A stretch of 62,229 nucleotides of DNA, counting the filler. It is 9 parts of 9 records of this genome, joined end to end, with 100 filler letters (N's around TTAATTAATTAA, not from the genome) between each part and the next. Parts side by side here need not be neighbours in the genome. Positions count along the whole stretch, not along the records: positions 1 to 9,512 come from SRR20825010_2110; positions 9,613 to 16,908 come from SRR20825010_2129; positions 17,009 to 20,740 come from SRR20825010_2146; positions 20,841 to 25,904 come from SRR20825010_2156; 5 more parts are not named here. One strand, given 5' to 3'. Under the pieces are notes generated by a model. It was not told where the DNA came from and searched no databases. It saw nothing but the letters and a program-made list of their open reading frames with translations. The number at the start of each line of letters is the position of its first letter. The first letter of the stretch is position 1. Shown here one piece after another: positions 9,003 through 21,731 of this stretch. The translations under genes and the position numbers were made by a program.

Positions 9003-9418
9003 CCCTCACCATCCGCAAATCCGTCTTCCTGCCCGCAGACCAAACCACCGTCTGGGATCACCTGACGCGCGCCGACCTGCTGGGCAAATGGTTTCACCCC
9101 GCCTCGTCGGATCTGGTCGAAGGGCAACCCTACACCTTGCTGTCGCAAAAGGACGGCGACCGCATGTGCTGGGGCACGGTGGAAAAACTCTCGCCCAAGG
9201 ATCACATGCGATGGTCGTTTACCGTCGGCCCGCTGAACGGGACCATGACCACCGTCGACTGGCACCTGACCACGGCCCCCGGCGGCACACAGCTATCGCT
9301 GGAACATTCCGGCCTGCCCGAAGGTGCCGAGGGCTATGGTCTTGTGCTTGCGCTGGACAAAGGCTGGCACGGATTTCTTGGCAATCTGCACGAAATCGAA
9401 ACGATGGCCTTGTCATGA
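8999..9418 (+). CDS. SRPBCC/AHSA1 domain protein
   Basis: VWDHLT..LGKWF..GGTQLSLEHSG..GW. ATGA overlap with ArsR, a common pairing. Confidence 0.85.
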   Translation: MTLTIRKSVFLPADQTTVWDHLTRADLLGKWFHPASSDLVEGQPYTLLSQKDGDRMCWGTVEKLSPKDHMRWSFTVGPLNGTMTTVDWHLTTAPGGTQLSLEHSGLPEGAEGYGLVLALDKGWHGFLGNLHEIETMALS

Positions 9419-9512
9419 CCGCTGCTGCGCCTTACCTCAGGCGCTGGCGGGTTCTGCCCTTCTCGTACACGGGTACATTCCGGTGGCCTTAAGCAAATCC
9501 GAGGGAGCTGGC

Positions 9513-9612
9513 NNNNNNNNNNNNNNNNNNNNNNNNNNNNNNNNNNNNNNNNNNNNTTAATTAATTAANNNNNNNNNNNNNNNNNNNNNNNNNNNNNNNN
9601 NNNNNNNNNNNN
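9513..9612. other. Artificial contig spacer
   Basis: N-run, TTAATTAATTAA (stops in all six frames), N-run; 100 bp. Confidence 0.98.
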
Positions 9613-10236
9613 GCGGTCCTCGGTCCAGGTCATGATCTCGCCTTCGAAATTCTCAAAAACATAACGGTCGCGTGGTTCGGTTGCCCCCGCTGTCCCCATG
9701 GAAATCCAGGGCAGAACGTCTGCGCCGGCAGGTTTTGGCCGGTAGACCGCATAGGCCATCTCCACTGACGGCAAAACAGCAACATTGCCGTTCTCCGGTC
9801 GTTTCGCCAGCACGACGACATCGGCTGCCCGAAATGTGAGGTCGACGGATGCCCCCTCCGAACTGCAGCAGATGCGAAATTCATCGCTCCTTGCACGCAC
9901 CTCTCCGAGTTTGTCGGCGATAAACGGTGAGAGCCAGCAATCAGTCGCAATAGTCACGAAAGGCAGGGCGAAGGCATTCGAATGCCAGACGGAGATCTCA
10001 CTGGCCACCTCCCGCATCGCCTTCACCCTCCTGAGCAGCTCCCGGCCGTCATAGGCAAGCTGATAGCCCCGCTGCGAGCGCACGAACAGCGAGCGCCCGA
10101 GCGTGCGTTCAAGCGCCAGCATGCGCCGACCGATGGTCGGAGCGGAAATGCCGGTGCGCTCAGCCGCGCCGCTAAGCCCGCCGGTCTCTGCCACCACGTG
10201 GAAAAGCTGCAGATCGTCCCAACTCGCCTCGGCCAT
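9613..10236 (-). CDS. LysR family transcriptional regulator (3' truncated by contig end)
   Basis: WDDLQLFHVVAETGGLSGAA..SAPTIGRRMLALERTLGRSLF. Confidence 0.9.
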
Positions 10237-10300
10237 CGGCTATCTCCGTTGTCAAACGTCCGTCTTATAGCGTCTTGGCCCACCTCCAAGAACCATTCAC

Positions 10301-10322
10301 GGATGAAACACACCTTTCATCC
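10301..10322. promoter_or_regulatory. Perfect inverted repeat, candidate LysR operator
   Basis: GGATGAAA-cacacc-TTTCATCC between lysR and a divergent small ORF. Confidence 0.55.
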
Positions 10323-10385
10323 GCGGCTCTACAGGTCTGCTCGCCGCGCCCCTAGCTTCAGGTCACGCAGAAATGGAGAAACGCC

Positions 10386-10529
10386 ATGCTCGACTGGATC
10401 ACCGTCGTCAGCGGCCGGAACAAACGCCCCGGCCATCCCCTCGCCGATCCGCTGGAAGGCGAAGAGTGGCGGGGGCACCAGTGGATGGCCATGCTGATCA
10501 GCCGCTTGCTGAGGGGAAGACGGCGCTAG
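10386..10529 (+). CDS. Small hypothetical protein (47 aa), absent from the ORF track
   Basis: GGAGA RBS, ATG 10386, MLDWITVVSGRNKRPGHPLADPLEGEEWRGHQWMAMLISRLLRGRRR. Its stop overlaps the gor stop (CTAG). Confidence 0.55.
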   Translation: MLDWITVVSGRNKRPGHPLADPLEGEEWRGHQWMAMLISRLLRGRRR

Positions 10530-11914
10530 ACCCGCTCGCCGTTCTTCACCCGGTAGCTCGGCTGGTACATCGTCACAAGTTCCTCCGAAGCTGTCGGGTG
10601 AACCGCCATGGTGCGGTCGAAAACGTCCTTGGTGCAGCCGCCCTTGAGCGCGATGCCGAGAAGCTGCGCCATTTCGCCGGCCTCATGGCCGAGAATATGG
10701 GCGCCGACCACCTTGCGGTCCGCCGCATTGACGATCAGCTTCATCACCGTGCGCTCGTCGCGGCCGGAAAGCGTTGCCTTCATCGGCCGGAACTTGGCGA
10801 GGTAGACCTCGATGTCCTCAAACCGCTCCACGGCGACATGCTCCGGCAGGCCGACCGTGCCGATTTCGGGCTGCGAGAACACCGCCGTCGCGATCAGATC
10901 GTGATCCGGCTTGGTCGGGTTGTCCTTGTACTCGGTCTCGATGAAGCACATCGCCTCGTGGATCGCGACCGGCGTGAGTTGGACACGGTCGGTGACATCG
11001 CCCAACGCCCAGATATGATCGACATTGGTGCGCGAATAATCATCGACGATGATCGCGCCCTTGGCATCGAGCTCGACGCCCGCCGATTCGAGACCGAGGC
11101 CCTTCGTGTTCGCCTGCCGGCCGAGCGCCATCATCACCTTGTCGACGTTGAAGACATGGCCGTTGTGGGTCTCGGCCTTCAGCCGGCCATCGGCCGCCTG
11201 CGCGACGTCGACAATCGTGTCGCGGCAGACCACCCGGATACCCTTCTTCTCCATGGCCTCGCGCAGATTGGTGCGCATGTCCATATCGAAGCCGCGCAGG
11301 ATTTCCTCACCGCGATAGATCAACGTGGTCTCGACCCCGAGGCCGGCGAAGATATTGGCGAATTCCACGGCGATATAGCCGCCGCCGGTGATCGCGATCG
11401 ATTTCGGCAGTTCCTCCAGATGAAAGGCCTCGTTGGAGGAGATGCAGAGCTCCGAGCCCGGCATTTCCGGATGCGGGTTGGGATGACCGCCGACCGCGAT
11501 CAGGATTTTCTCCGCGGTCACTTCCTGACCGGACGACAGCAGCCGGATACGATGTTCGCCCGCAATCTCGGCCCGGGTCTCAAGGATTTCGGCGCCGTTA
11601 TTTTCCAGGCCCTTGCGATAGAGCCCTTCCAGACGGTCGATTTCCTTGTCCTTGGCTGCAATCAGCGCCGGCCACGAGAAACTGCGCTCGCCCACGCTCC
11701 AGCCATAGCCTTCCGCGTCCTCGAAGTGCTCGGGAAATTGCGAGGCATAGACCAACAGCTTCTTCGGCACGCAGCCGCGAATGACGCAGGTGCCGCCGAA
11801 CCGGTATTCTTCCGCAATGGCCACCCTTTTGCCGAGGCTTGCGGCGATGCGCGCGGCGCGCACCCCGCCGGAGCCGCCGCCGATCACAAACAGGTCGTAG
11901 TCATACTGGGTCAT
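10526..11914 (-). CDS. gor: Glutathione-disulfide reductase
   Basis: GGGSGG FAD motif, GGTCVIRGCVPKK redox disulfide, GGGYIAVE, HPTASEE. Confidence 0.95.
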   Translation of the reverse strand: MTQYDYDLFVIGGGSGGVRAARIAASLGKRVAIAEEYRFGGTCVIRGCVPKKLLVYASQFPEHFEDAEGYGWSVGERSFSWPALIAAKDKEIDRLEGLYRKGLENNGAEILETRAEIAGEHRIRLLSSGQEVTAEKILIAVGGHPNPHPEMPGSELCISSNEAFHLEELPKSIAITGGGYIAVEFANIFAGLGVETTLIYRGEEILRGFDMDMRTNLREAMEKKGIRVVCRDTIVDVAQAADGRLKAETHNGHVFNVDKVMMALGRQANTKGLGLESAGVELDAKGAIIVDDYSRTNVDHIWALGDVTDRVQLTPVAIHEAMCFIETEYKDNPTKPDHDLIATAVFSQPEIGTVGLPEHVAVERFEDIEVYLAKFRPMKATLSGRDERTVMKLIVNAADRKVVGAHILGHEAGEMAQLLGIALKGGCTKDVFDRTMAVHPTASEELVTMYQPSYRVKNGERV

Positions 11915-11982
11915 CGGGGTGGCTCCTTGCGGTGGGATGGTCTGCGGTAATCGATTTTGGCTGAATATGGCGACTTTCCGCC

Positions 11983-12012
11983 AAAAATAAAGCCCGCCGG
12001 GACCGGCGGGCT
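11983..12012 (-). terminator. Rho-independent terminator-like hairpin
   Basis: AGCCCGCCGG-GA-CCGGCGGGCT followed on - by a T-rich tract. Confidence 0.7.
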
Positions 12013-12043
12013 GATATTCGGCGGGCGTATGGATGAACGCCGC

Positions 12044-12601
12044 TTACTGGGCGGGCAATACCGGAACCTCGGTCGCCTCGACAGGCGTGCCGCCTTCGGC
12101 TTCAATGCGCGTGTTCAATTCTTCCTGCGCCTGCTGGCTGAGATCGCGCGCAATTCCCCGTGCCCAGATATCGCCGGCCTGGCCCAGTTCGCGCGCCGCG
12201 ATCGGTCCATACTGGATGAACTTCTTGCCGACATCAGAACTGTAGAACTGAGCAAGCTGGCTCAATTCTTCCTGGGTGAAGATGTTGGCGTAGATCTGAG
12301 CGCCTTCCTTTTCAAGATCGGCGCGGCGCGGCGCGAGCGCAATTGCGGTATCGGTGACGACCTCGTCGATCATCGTGTGATAGTTCGGATAGACCTGCGT
12401 GAGCTGGGACTGAACGAGGTCCGCCTGGTTGGGCAGGATTTCGTCGAACTGGCCATTGATGCCGAGGGCCTGGAGCGCAGCTTTGGCGGCGGCCTCATGC
12501 TCAGGTGTAATATCCTGCGCAGAAGCAACCGAAAAGGCGCCAAGTCCCATAATCGTCGCGGCGATGGCCACGGAAAGGCCGAACCTGGATTTCATTTTCA
12601 T
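12044..12601 (-). CDS. DUF2059 domain exported protein
   Basis: Signal peptide ending ASAQ, IYANIFTQEELSQLAQFYSSDVGKKF. Usual rpiA-DUF2059-gor order. Confidence 0.85.
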   Translation of the reverse strand: MKMKSRFGLSVAIAATIMGLGAFSVASAQDITPEHEAAAKAALQALGINGQFDEILPNQADLVQSQLTQVYPNYHTMIDEVVTDTAIALAPRRADLEKEGAQIYANIFTQEELSQLAQFYSSDVGKKFIQYGPIAARELGQAGDIWARGIARDLSQQAQEELNTRIEAEGGTPVEATEVPVLPAQ

Positions 12602-12614
12602 AAAGGACTCCTGT

Positions 12615-13313
12615 CTACTCAGTTGCTTTGAGTGTGCGTACGCCGCCGTCGGATGCAACGATAGCGAGTGTCGCGATATCGATGAACAGCCCGTGCTCCA
12701 CAACGCCGGCGATGGCGTTGAGCGCGACTGACAATGCCTCTGCATCGTGAATGCGGCCAAATGATGCATCGATAATATAGTGCCCGCCATCCGTCATATA
12801 GGGCCCGTCGCCCGAATGGCGGAGTTCGAGTGAACCCGAGAGATCGAGCCGCGATGCGGTCCGCTCGATCGCAAGGCGGGTCGCGGCGAGCCCGAAAGGC
12901 ATGACTTCGATGGGAAGAGGAAAGGCGCCGAGCTGGGCGACCACCTTGGTCTCGTCGGCGATCACGATCATGGCTTTCGAGGAGGAAGCCACAATCTTTT
13001 CGCGCAGCAGCGCGCCGCCGCCGCCCTTGATGAGGTTGAGCGCCGGATCGATCTCGTCGGCGCCGTCAATCGTGAGATCGAGCTCCGGCGTTTCGTCGAG
13101 AGAATTGAGCGTAATGCCCAGTTCAAGGCATTGACGGGCCGTCGCCTCGGAGGTCGGAACCCCGATGACATTGAGCCCGCCGGCCACCTTCTCGCCGAGG
13201 AGCGCGATGAATTCCCGCGCCGTGCTGCCAGTCCCGATCCCGAGCCGCATTCCGTCTTCGACATATCCAAGCGCGGTTTCCGCAGCCTTTATCTTCAATT
13301 GACGCGCATCCAT
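12615..13313 (-). CDS. rpiA: Ribose-5-phosphate isomerase A
   Basis: [35 protein letters not shown]. Confidence 0.97.
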   Translation of the reverse strand: MDARQLKIKAAETALGYVEDGMRLGIGTGSTAREFIALLGEKVAGGLNVIGVPTSEATARQCLELGITLNSLDETPELDLTIDGADEIDPALNLIKGGGGALLREKIVASSSKAMIVIADETKVVAQLGAFPLPIEVMPFGLAATRLAIERTASRLDLSGSLELRHSGDGPYMTDGGHYIIDASFGRIHDAEALSVALNAIAGVVEHGLFIDIATLAIVASDGGVRTLKATE

Positions 13314-13491
13314 GCGTCACATGCTCCTTTTGGCTAACGGTAAGGTGTTTACACGCCACGCGCGCCAAACAAAAGACCTTTTGCGACGAGGCCACGCCAA
13401 ATGCTTGGCACGCCTGCCGCTGACGGGCTATGACCGGGGCCAGACAGCAGGCAGGCCGTGTGGTCTGCCATAAAATCAAGGACCTGTGCCG

Positions 13492-14169
13492 ATGCCCGCC
13501 CCTCTCGCCATATTCGACCTCGACGGTACGCTTATCGATACCGCGCCGGATCTGATCGCAAGCCTCAATCACGCCATCGCCCCTGCGGGACTGGCGTCCT
13601 ACGGTATCGAAGACACCAAAATACTGGTCGGCCGCGGCGTGAAGGTGATGATAGAAAGGGCCTTCGAGCATCGCGGCAGATCAATCGATGACGACACCTT
13701 CGATGCCTGTTTCGAACGCTTCAGCGAGCATTATCGCGCCGGCATTCCCGGCGAAAGCCGCCCCTATCCCGGTATTGTTGCGGCGCTGGAACGGCTCAAG
13801 GCCGCGGGCTTTCAGCTCGCTGTGTGCACCAACAAACGCGAATCATTCACCATGCCGCTGCTCGATGCGCTCGACCTCACCGGCTATTTCACCGCGATCA
13901 CCGGCGGCGATACCTTCGCGTTCCGCAAGCCCGATCCCCGCCACGTCGTGGAAACCATCGCGCTGAGCGGCGGCGACATCGCCAACGCGGTGATGGTCGG
14001 CGACAGTTCCAACGATATCGATGCGGCAAAGGGCGCGGGCGCGGCAACCATCGCCGTCACTTTCGGCTACGCCGACCGACCTGTCGCCGACATGGCCGCA
14101 GACCGCACCATCAGCCATTTCGACGAGCTGACGCCTGAGATGGCGCGCGCGGTGATTGCGCGGCAATAA
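13492..14169 (+). CDS. HAD-family hydrolase, phosphoglycolate phosphatase-like
   Basis: FDLDGTL, CTNK, KPDP, MVGDS..D. Confidence 0.88.
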   Translation: MPAPLAIFDLDGTLIDTAPDLIASLNHAIAPAGLASYGIEDTKILVGRGVKVMIERAFEHRGRSIDDDTFDACFERFSEHYRAGIPGESRPYPGIVAALERLKAAGFQLAVCTNKRESFTMPLLDALDLTGYFTAITGGDTFAFRKPDPRHVVETIALSGGDIANAVMVGDSSNDIDAAKGAGAATIAVTFGYADRPVADMAADRTISHFDELTPEMARAVIARQ

Positions 14170-14195
14170 CGGCGGCAGCGCCCCGCAACAACGCA

Positions 14196-14225
14196 AAAGG
14201 CGCGCCGCAGAGCGGACGCGCCTTC
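14196..14225. terminator. Hairpin between convergent genes
   Basis: AAGGCGCG-CCGCAGAGCGG-A-CGCGCCTT imperfect stem-loop. Confidence 0.5.
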
Positions 14226-14248
14226 GTTGCTAAGGAATTCTGCAGCGA

Positions 14249-16186
14249 TCAGCTGCCGAGACGCGCCTCGCTTTCGGCATCCATGGCGCGCTTCAGATAC
14301 ATGTCGCGCTCATAGACGTCGTCGTAATACTGGACCTCGCCGTTGGCATCCGGCCAGGCGGTGAAATACGTGACATAGACCGGGAATTTTTCCGGAACGT
14401 CCACCGGCATGTTCTGGCCGGTCGCGATATTGGCCTCGATATCCGATTCCGGCACGCCGAGAACGGCGGCCGCCATCTTGTTCGGGTCGGAGAGGCGAAC
14501 GCAGCCATGGCTGAGCGCCCGCATGTCGCGCTCGAAATAGCTCTTCTGCGGCGTGTCATGCATGTAGATCGCATGATCGTTCGGGAACAGGATCTTCAAC
14601 TGGCCAAGCGCGTTGCGTTCGCCCGGCGGTTGGCGCACATCGACCATCGGGGCCGACGCCCAGTTGACAGAAGAAGAAGAAACCCGGCGGCCGTTATAGC
14701 TGACCTCGTAGCCGATCTGGTCGAAATAGCTCGGATTGGCCCGCAGCTTCGGCAGATACTCGTTGACGACGATCGAACGCGGAATACCCCAATAGGGATT
14801 GAATTCGACGGTTTCGATCTCGTCGCGGAAGAAATAGGTCTGGTTGGTGGTATTGCCCACCACAACGCCCATATCGAAGCTTTCGCCGTTATCGTCATGA
14901 TAATAGACGCGGAAGGCGGGCTGATTGATAAAGACATAACGCGGGCCGAAATCGTCCGGCAGCCAGCGCAGGCGCTCCATGGCGTCGAGCACCTTCTGGG
15001 CGCGGTCGTCATTGGTCTCGACGTCGAAGGCCTTCACTGTGTTGGAACCGACAACGCCGTCGACATAAAGCCCTTCCGCCTTCTGGAAGCTCTTCACCAG
15101 AGCGACCAGTTCGGGCGTATATTCATCGCTGCCGTCATAGGCCGCAAAGGTGTCGGCATGGTCGACCCTGAATTCAGGCGAGGCCTTGCGCTCGATCGCC
15201 TTGACCATGCTCGGGATATTCTCGTCGGTCTGGCCGGGCCGGATGAACACACTGCCGGTGAAAACGATCGGCTCTACCTCGGTCACGGTGCTGCGCAGTT
15301 CGGCAAGTTCCGCCTTCAGGTCCTGGAAAAACAGGTTCTGAGGATTGTAGCTTTCCATCAGACCGGTGACGTCATTCGTTACGGCAAGACTGTCAATTGC
15401 TTCGCCGAGGTCGACGGGATTGCGCTTCAGGTCGTGGAATTCCGAGATCCGGTTCGGATCGACGCGACCGCGCCTGGCATCCTGCATGTAGGACAGCACT
15501 TCGGCGGACAGCGCGAGCTCGAACTGCATCAGGGCGGCTTTTTCGTCATCCTCGTTCTCAGCCGAGATGAGATCCGGAGTCCGGACCAGGTAGCTGGCGG
15601 CCTCCAGGCCGAAATCGTCGGCATTGCCGAGCGCCCGCATGGCAGCGCGCGCCTTCTGGGAAACCGCGCCATCCTCCACCCAGATCAGTTCGCCGCCGTT
15701 CGAATAATAATCTTCGACCGCCGAAGCGACATCATCGATGGCCTTGACGCGGGCATCGGCGAGATACTGCCGCGGATCGTCATCGGCGATCGCGACCGTT
15801 GTTTCCATCTCGACGGCATCGGTCATCGAGCCCTGCTCCAGCGCGGCGACTTCCGTGGCCGCGCCTTCCGCATCTTCTGCATCGGGGGTGATCGAGCCGG
15901 TCACCACCGGATCGCGAATTTCACCGATATCAATCAAGCGCATCGAATCGGCGCGATAGGTATAATATTTCGGCGGCGCGACCTTCGGGGCGGAATAGGT
16001 GCGCTGCACCTGTTTCTGCGGCTGCACCTGGGGTTGTTCCACCACCGGCGCGCGCTGCGATTCCTTCTGGCGACCCCGCAATATGTCCATCAGCGTCAGG
16101 GCGTTGGCTGCACTGGGCACGAAGGCCGCGGAAACCGCCACGGCCAGAGCCAAAGATGAAACGCGAACTGAAAGTTTGCTGCGCAA
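14249..16186 (-). CDS. L,D-transpeptidase (YcbB/LdtD-like) with peptidoglycan-binding domain
   Basis: Signal peptide, VKSFQKAEGLYVDGVVG, IYMHDTP..RALSHGCVRL. Confidence 0.92.
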   Translation of the reverse strand: MRSKLSVRVSSLALAVAVSAAFVPSAANALTLMDILRGRQKESQRAPVVEQPQVQPQKQVQRTYSAPKVAPPKYYTYRADSMRLIDIGEIRDPVVTGSITPDAEDAEGAATEVAALEQGSMTDAVEMETTVAIADDDPRQYLADARVKAIDDVASAVEDYYSNGGELIWVEDGAVSQKARAAMRALGNADDFGLEAASYLVRTPDLISAENEDDEKAALMQFELALSAEVLSYMQDARRGRVDPNRISEFHDLKRNPVDLGEAIDSLAVTNDVTGLMESYNPQNLFFQDLKAELAELRSTVTEVEPIVFTGSVFIRPGQTDENIPSMVKAIERKASPEFRVDHADTFAAYDGSDEYTPELVALVKSFQKAEGLYVDGVVGSNTVKAFDVETNDDRAQKVLDAMERLRWLPDDFGPRYVFINQPAFRVYYHDDNGESFDMGVVVGNTTNQTYFFRDEIETVEFNPYWGIPRSIVVNEYLPKLRANPSYFDQIGYEVSYNGRRVSSSSVNWASAPMVDVRQPPGERNALGQLKILFPNDHAIYMHDTPQKSYFERDMRALSHGCVRLSDPNKMAAAVLGVPESDIEANIATGQNMPVDVPEKFPVYVTYFTAWPDANGEVQYYDDVYERDMYLKRAMDAESEARLGS

Positions 16187-16684
16187 TGTTCTACCCCGTT
16201 TTGCAAGTCAACGTGTTCATTAGCATCCTAACCGCAAGCCCGTTGGCGAACCAATAACATTTGCGCTATCGCTGCGCAAACCCACTGGTTGTGTCATGGA
16301 AAAACAACACCTTGGTTCGCTTGCCGATCGATTGCCGTTCCGGATCAGCCTATCAAGCTCCCATTAACAGGGACTTAAACCCGAGTGATTTCTCGCAATG
16401 CAACATGCGCAGCAAAGCGCGACGCCCTCGATTTCAACGCAGAAATCATGGCCCCGGTTCCATCGCGGAAATCATGGCCCCGTCATAGGCCCGACAATGA
16501 GGCGGGGTTCGGGCGCGGCAAGGCACCGGCCTGTATTTTCTTCAATTTTCGTTGGCAATCGCCGATACTAATCGAATAAGTTTTCGCCAATTATTGACAG
16601 AGCGGCATGGCGCGCGCGATTGCATATCCCGAATTTCGTCAGGATGATCGCGCCCACCGGGGCAATGGCAGGAGCAGAAACACC

Positions 16685-16908
16685 ATGACCGCAACCCGCA
16701 CAGAAACCGACACGTTCGGCCCCATCGAAGTCGCCTCCGACCGCTACTGGGGCGCGCAGGCAGAGCGATCGCTCGGCAATTTCAAGATCGGCTGGGAAAA
16801 ACAGCCGCTTTCGGTGGTCCGCGCGCTGGGCATCGTCAAGCAGGCGGCCGCCAAGGCCAATATGTCGCTTGGAAGGCTTTCTCCGGAAATCGGCGACGCG
16901 ATCGTGAA
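16685..16908 (+). CDS. fumC: Class II fumarate hydratase (N-terminal fragment)
   Basis: [37 protein letters not shown]. Confidence 0.92.
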
Positions 16909-17008
16909 NNNNNNNNNNNNNNNNNNNNNNNNNNNNNNNNNNNNNNNNNNNNTTAATTAATTAANNNNNNNNNNNNNNNNNNNNNNNNNNNNNNNNNNNN
17001 NNNNNNNN
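16909..17008. other. Artificial contig spacer
   Basis: N-TTAATTAATTAA-N. Confidence 0.98.
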
Positions 17009-17100
17009 GGGTTACGGCTACGCCTAACACGACCTACAAACAGGAACCAATGGAGTCACGCAGGCGCTATTGCCTGTAGGCCGAAGGCCGTAATCCGACA
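17009..17100. repeat. GTAG-family REP elements (two opposed, incomplete copies)
   Basis: 17009-17037 reads GTAGGTCGTGTTAGGCGTAGCCGTAACCC on -. 17076-17100 reads GTAGGCCGAAGGCCGTAATCCGACA on +. Confidence 0.65.
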
Positions 17101-17132
17101 CTCAACAGGATCGTTACAGGTGAACCGAAGAA

Positions 17133-17561
17133 TCAGGCGATGGCGCCTTCACGGGCCCATTCACAACGTACCCGCAGGGGGGCATCAGAGGGTTCGTGGT
17201 ACACATCGGCGCTGTCCCACACGAAGGTATGAAACCCGGACAATTCGGTTTCCAGATGCACCACCGCATTCACCCAGTACATATTTTTGAGTAGGGACTC
17301 GAACTTGGCGATCCAGTGCTCCCACTCGTACTCCACCGCCCGATAAGACATGCCGAAATGAATCACCTGGGTCTGGAAGGTGCCGCCCATCAAGTCATCG
17401 CCGGGCACGGAAAACATCTCCCGACACAGGAACGGCCACTCATCCGCCTGCGGCAATTGCCGGATGGCTTTACGATTCTGGAAACAGCTCGTCTTGCGTT
17501 CCTGCAAATTGCCAAACGGCAAATGCTTGATGCAACCGTAAACGATGGATTCGTTATCCAA
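17133..17561 (-). CDS. Conserved hypothetical protein
   Basis: 142-aa ORF with protein-like composition (SIVYGCIK..HFGMSYRAVEYEW..VHLETEL), TTG start. Confidence 0.7.
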   Translation of the reverse strand: MDNESIVYGCIKHLPFGNLQERKTSCFQNRKAIRQLPQADEWPFLCREMFSVPGDDLMGGTFQTQVIHFGMSYRAVEYEWEHWIAKFESLLKNMYWVNAVVHLETELSGFHTFVWDSADVYHEPSDAPLRVRCEWAREGAIA

Positions 17562-17583
17562 AAGACACCCCGAAAAACAGGAG

Positions 17584-17783
17584 AAAGTTCAAAGTTGAAA
17601 GTTTCAACGCGAGAAATATTTTCTAAAACTAACAAGTTTACCGCCGCGATTCACCGTATTGTTGAACACCAACCAATAAAGAGTGAACCAGAAGACATTC
17701 TCCGCTACGAGATCAACTCTCCTTCAACCTGCCGCCCCCTTCCCTTTTCAACTTTCAACTTCCAACTTCCAACTTCCAACTTT
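17584..17783. repeat. Inverted pair of heptamer tandem arrays
   Basis: AAAGTTC-AAAGTTG-AAAGTT (17584-17603) and TTTCAAC x2 + TTCCAAC x3 (17746-17780) are reverse complements of each other. Confidence 0.75.
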
Positions 17784-20740
<2,957 letters not shown>

Positions 20741-20840
20741 NNNNNNNNNNNNNNNNNNNNNNNNNNNNNNNNNNNNNNNNNNNNTTAATTAATTAANNNN
20801 NNNNNNNNNNNNNNNNNNNNNNNNNNNNNNNNNNNNNNNN
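20741..20840. other. Artificial contig spacer
   Basis: N-TTAATTAATTAA-N. Confidence 0.98.
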
Positions 20841-21440
20841 CACGCCTTCTGGCGGAACGGTGCCAATCGGTGGTGTGACGCCACCACCGGGCAATTGAAC
20901 GCCGCCAGTTGGTGGAAGGGTCGGCATAAGACCTTCTGGTGGCGGCAAAACACCAATCGGCGGGGAAAATCCGGGCGGCAGGCCCGGCATCAAACCGGTA
21001 GGCGGCAAGGTTGCGATTGGCGGCGTGACATTTCCGGGACGTTCGGGCATGACGAAATCAGGAAAAAGATCCCCAATCGGCGGAAGGTTCACTCCGCCTT
21101 TCTGGTTCTGACTGTCAAGAAGACAACCCGCACCACTATTGTCATACAAATGATGTGTGCCGCCATTTCCGGTCGAAACAACGTTCGAAAGTGTTAGATG
21201 CAATCCCCGGCGGCTTTCAGTCCAAGTATCAACAGTCCCGCCTTGCGCATCAAGCCTGAAGGACCCGGCACTGGTTCCCGAAAGCCAGACCGAATTGGCG
21301 TTACCCGCGGTCTTGCCAACGAAAAGCAATCCCCCTTTGGAGCTGCAATTTGCAGCATGGGCGTCTGATGAAAACTGTAATGATGCCACAAGGGCAAGAA
21401 TGCTGCCCCCAACCGCGCCGGTACAAAACCGATTCCCCAT
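20841..21440 (-). CDS. Secreted protein with Pro-rich repeats, possibly an autotransporter passenger (truncated)
   Basis: Signal peptide ending AHA, small Cys-containing domain, repeated PPI(G/A)xLPP units. Confidence 0.65.
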
Positions 21441-21731
21441 GTTCCCCGCTCTGCCTTGTGATATTCAATGCACCGACCATGATAGTATTAAGATAGTAGA
21501 AATTGACGACAACTTGCACGCGAAAAATCACGTGCCGACGCAGCACCTCAGTTGGGTCGCAGTATCCATCTAGCCTCTTCTGGCGTCACGTTTGGCCCTC
21601 AGATTTCGAACATATCGCACGGTGATCTGAGTTGATCAAACTGCTTGAACGCTAGTCTGCAATCGTTCACAGCTCAATCTAAGACAATAACAATGCGCAT
21701 CGCGCAAAACCCCAAGCCGAACCCCTGTCAC

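Noticed and set aside
9557-9568. TTAATTAATTAA recurring through the window as a biological repeat
   Set aside because: Always embedded in N-runs; an artificial six-frame stop linker.
10373-11950. 525-aa plus-strand ORF
   Set aside because: Antisense shadow of gor.
14507-16159. 550-aa plus-strand ORF
   Set aside because: Antisense shadow of the L,D-transpeptidase gene.
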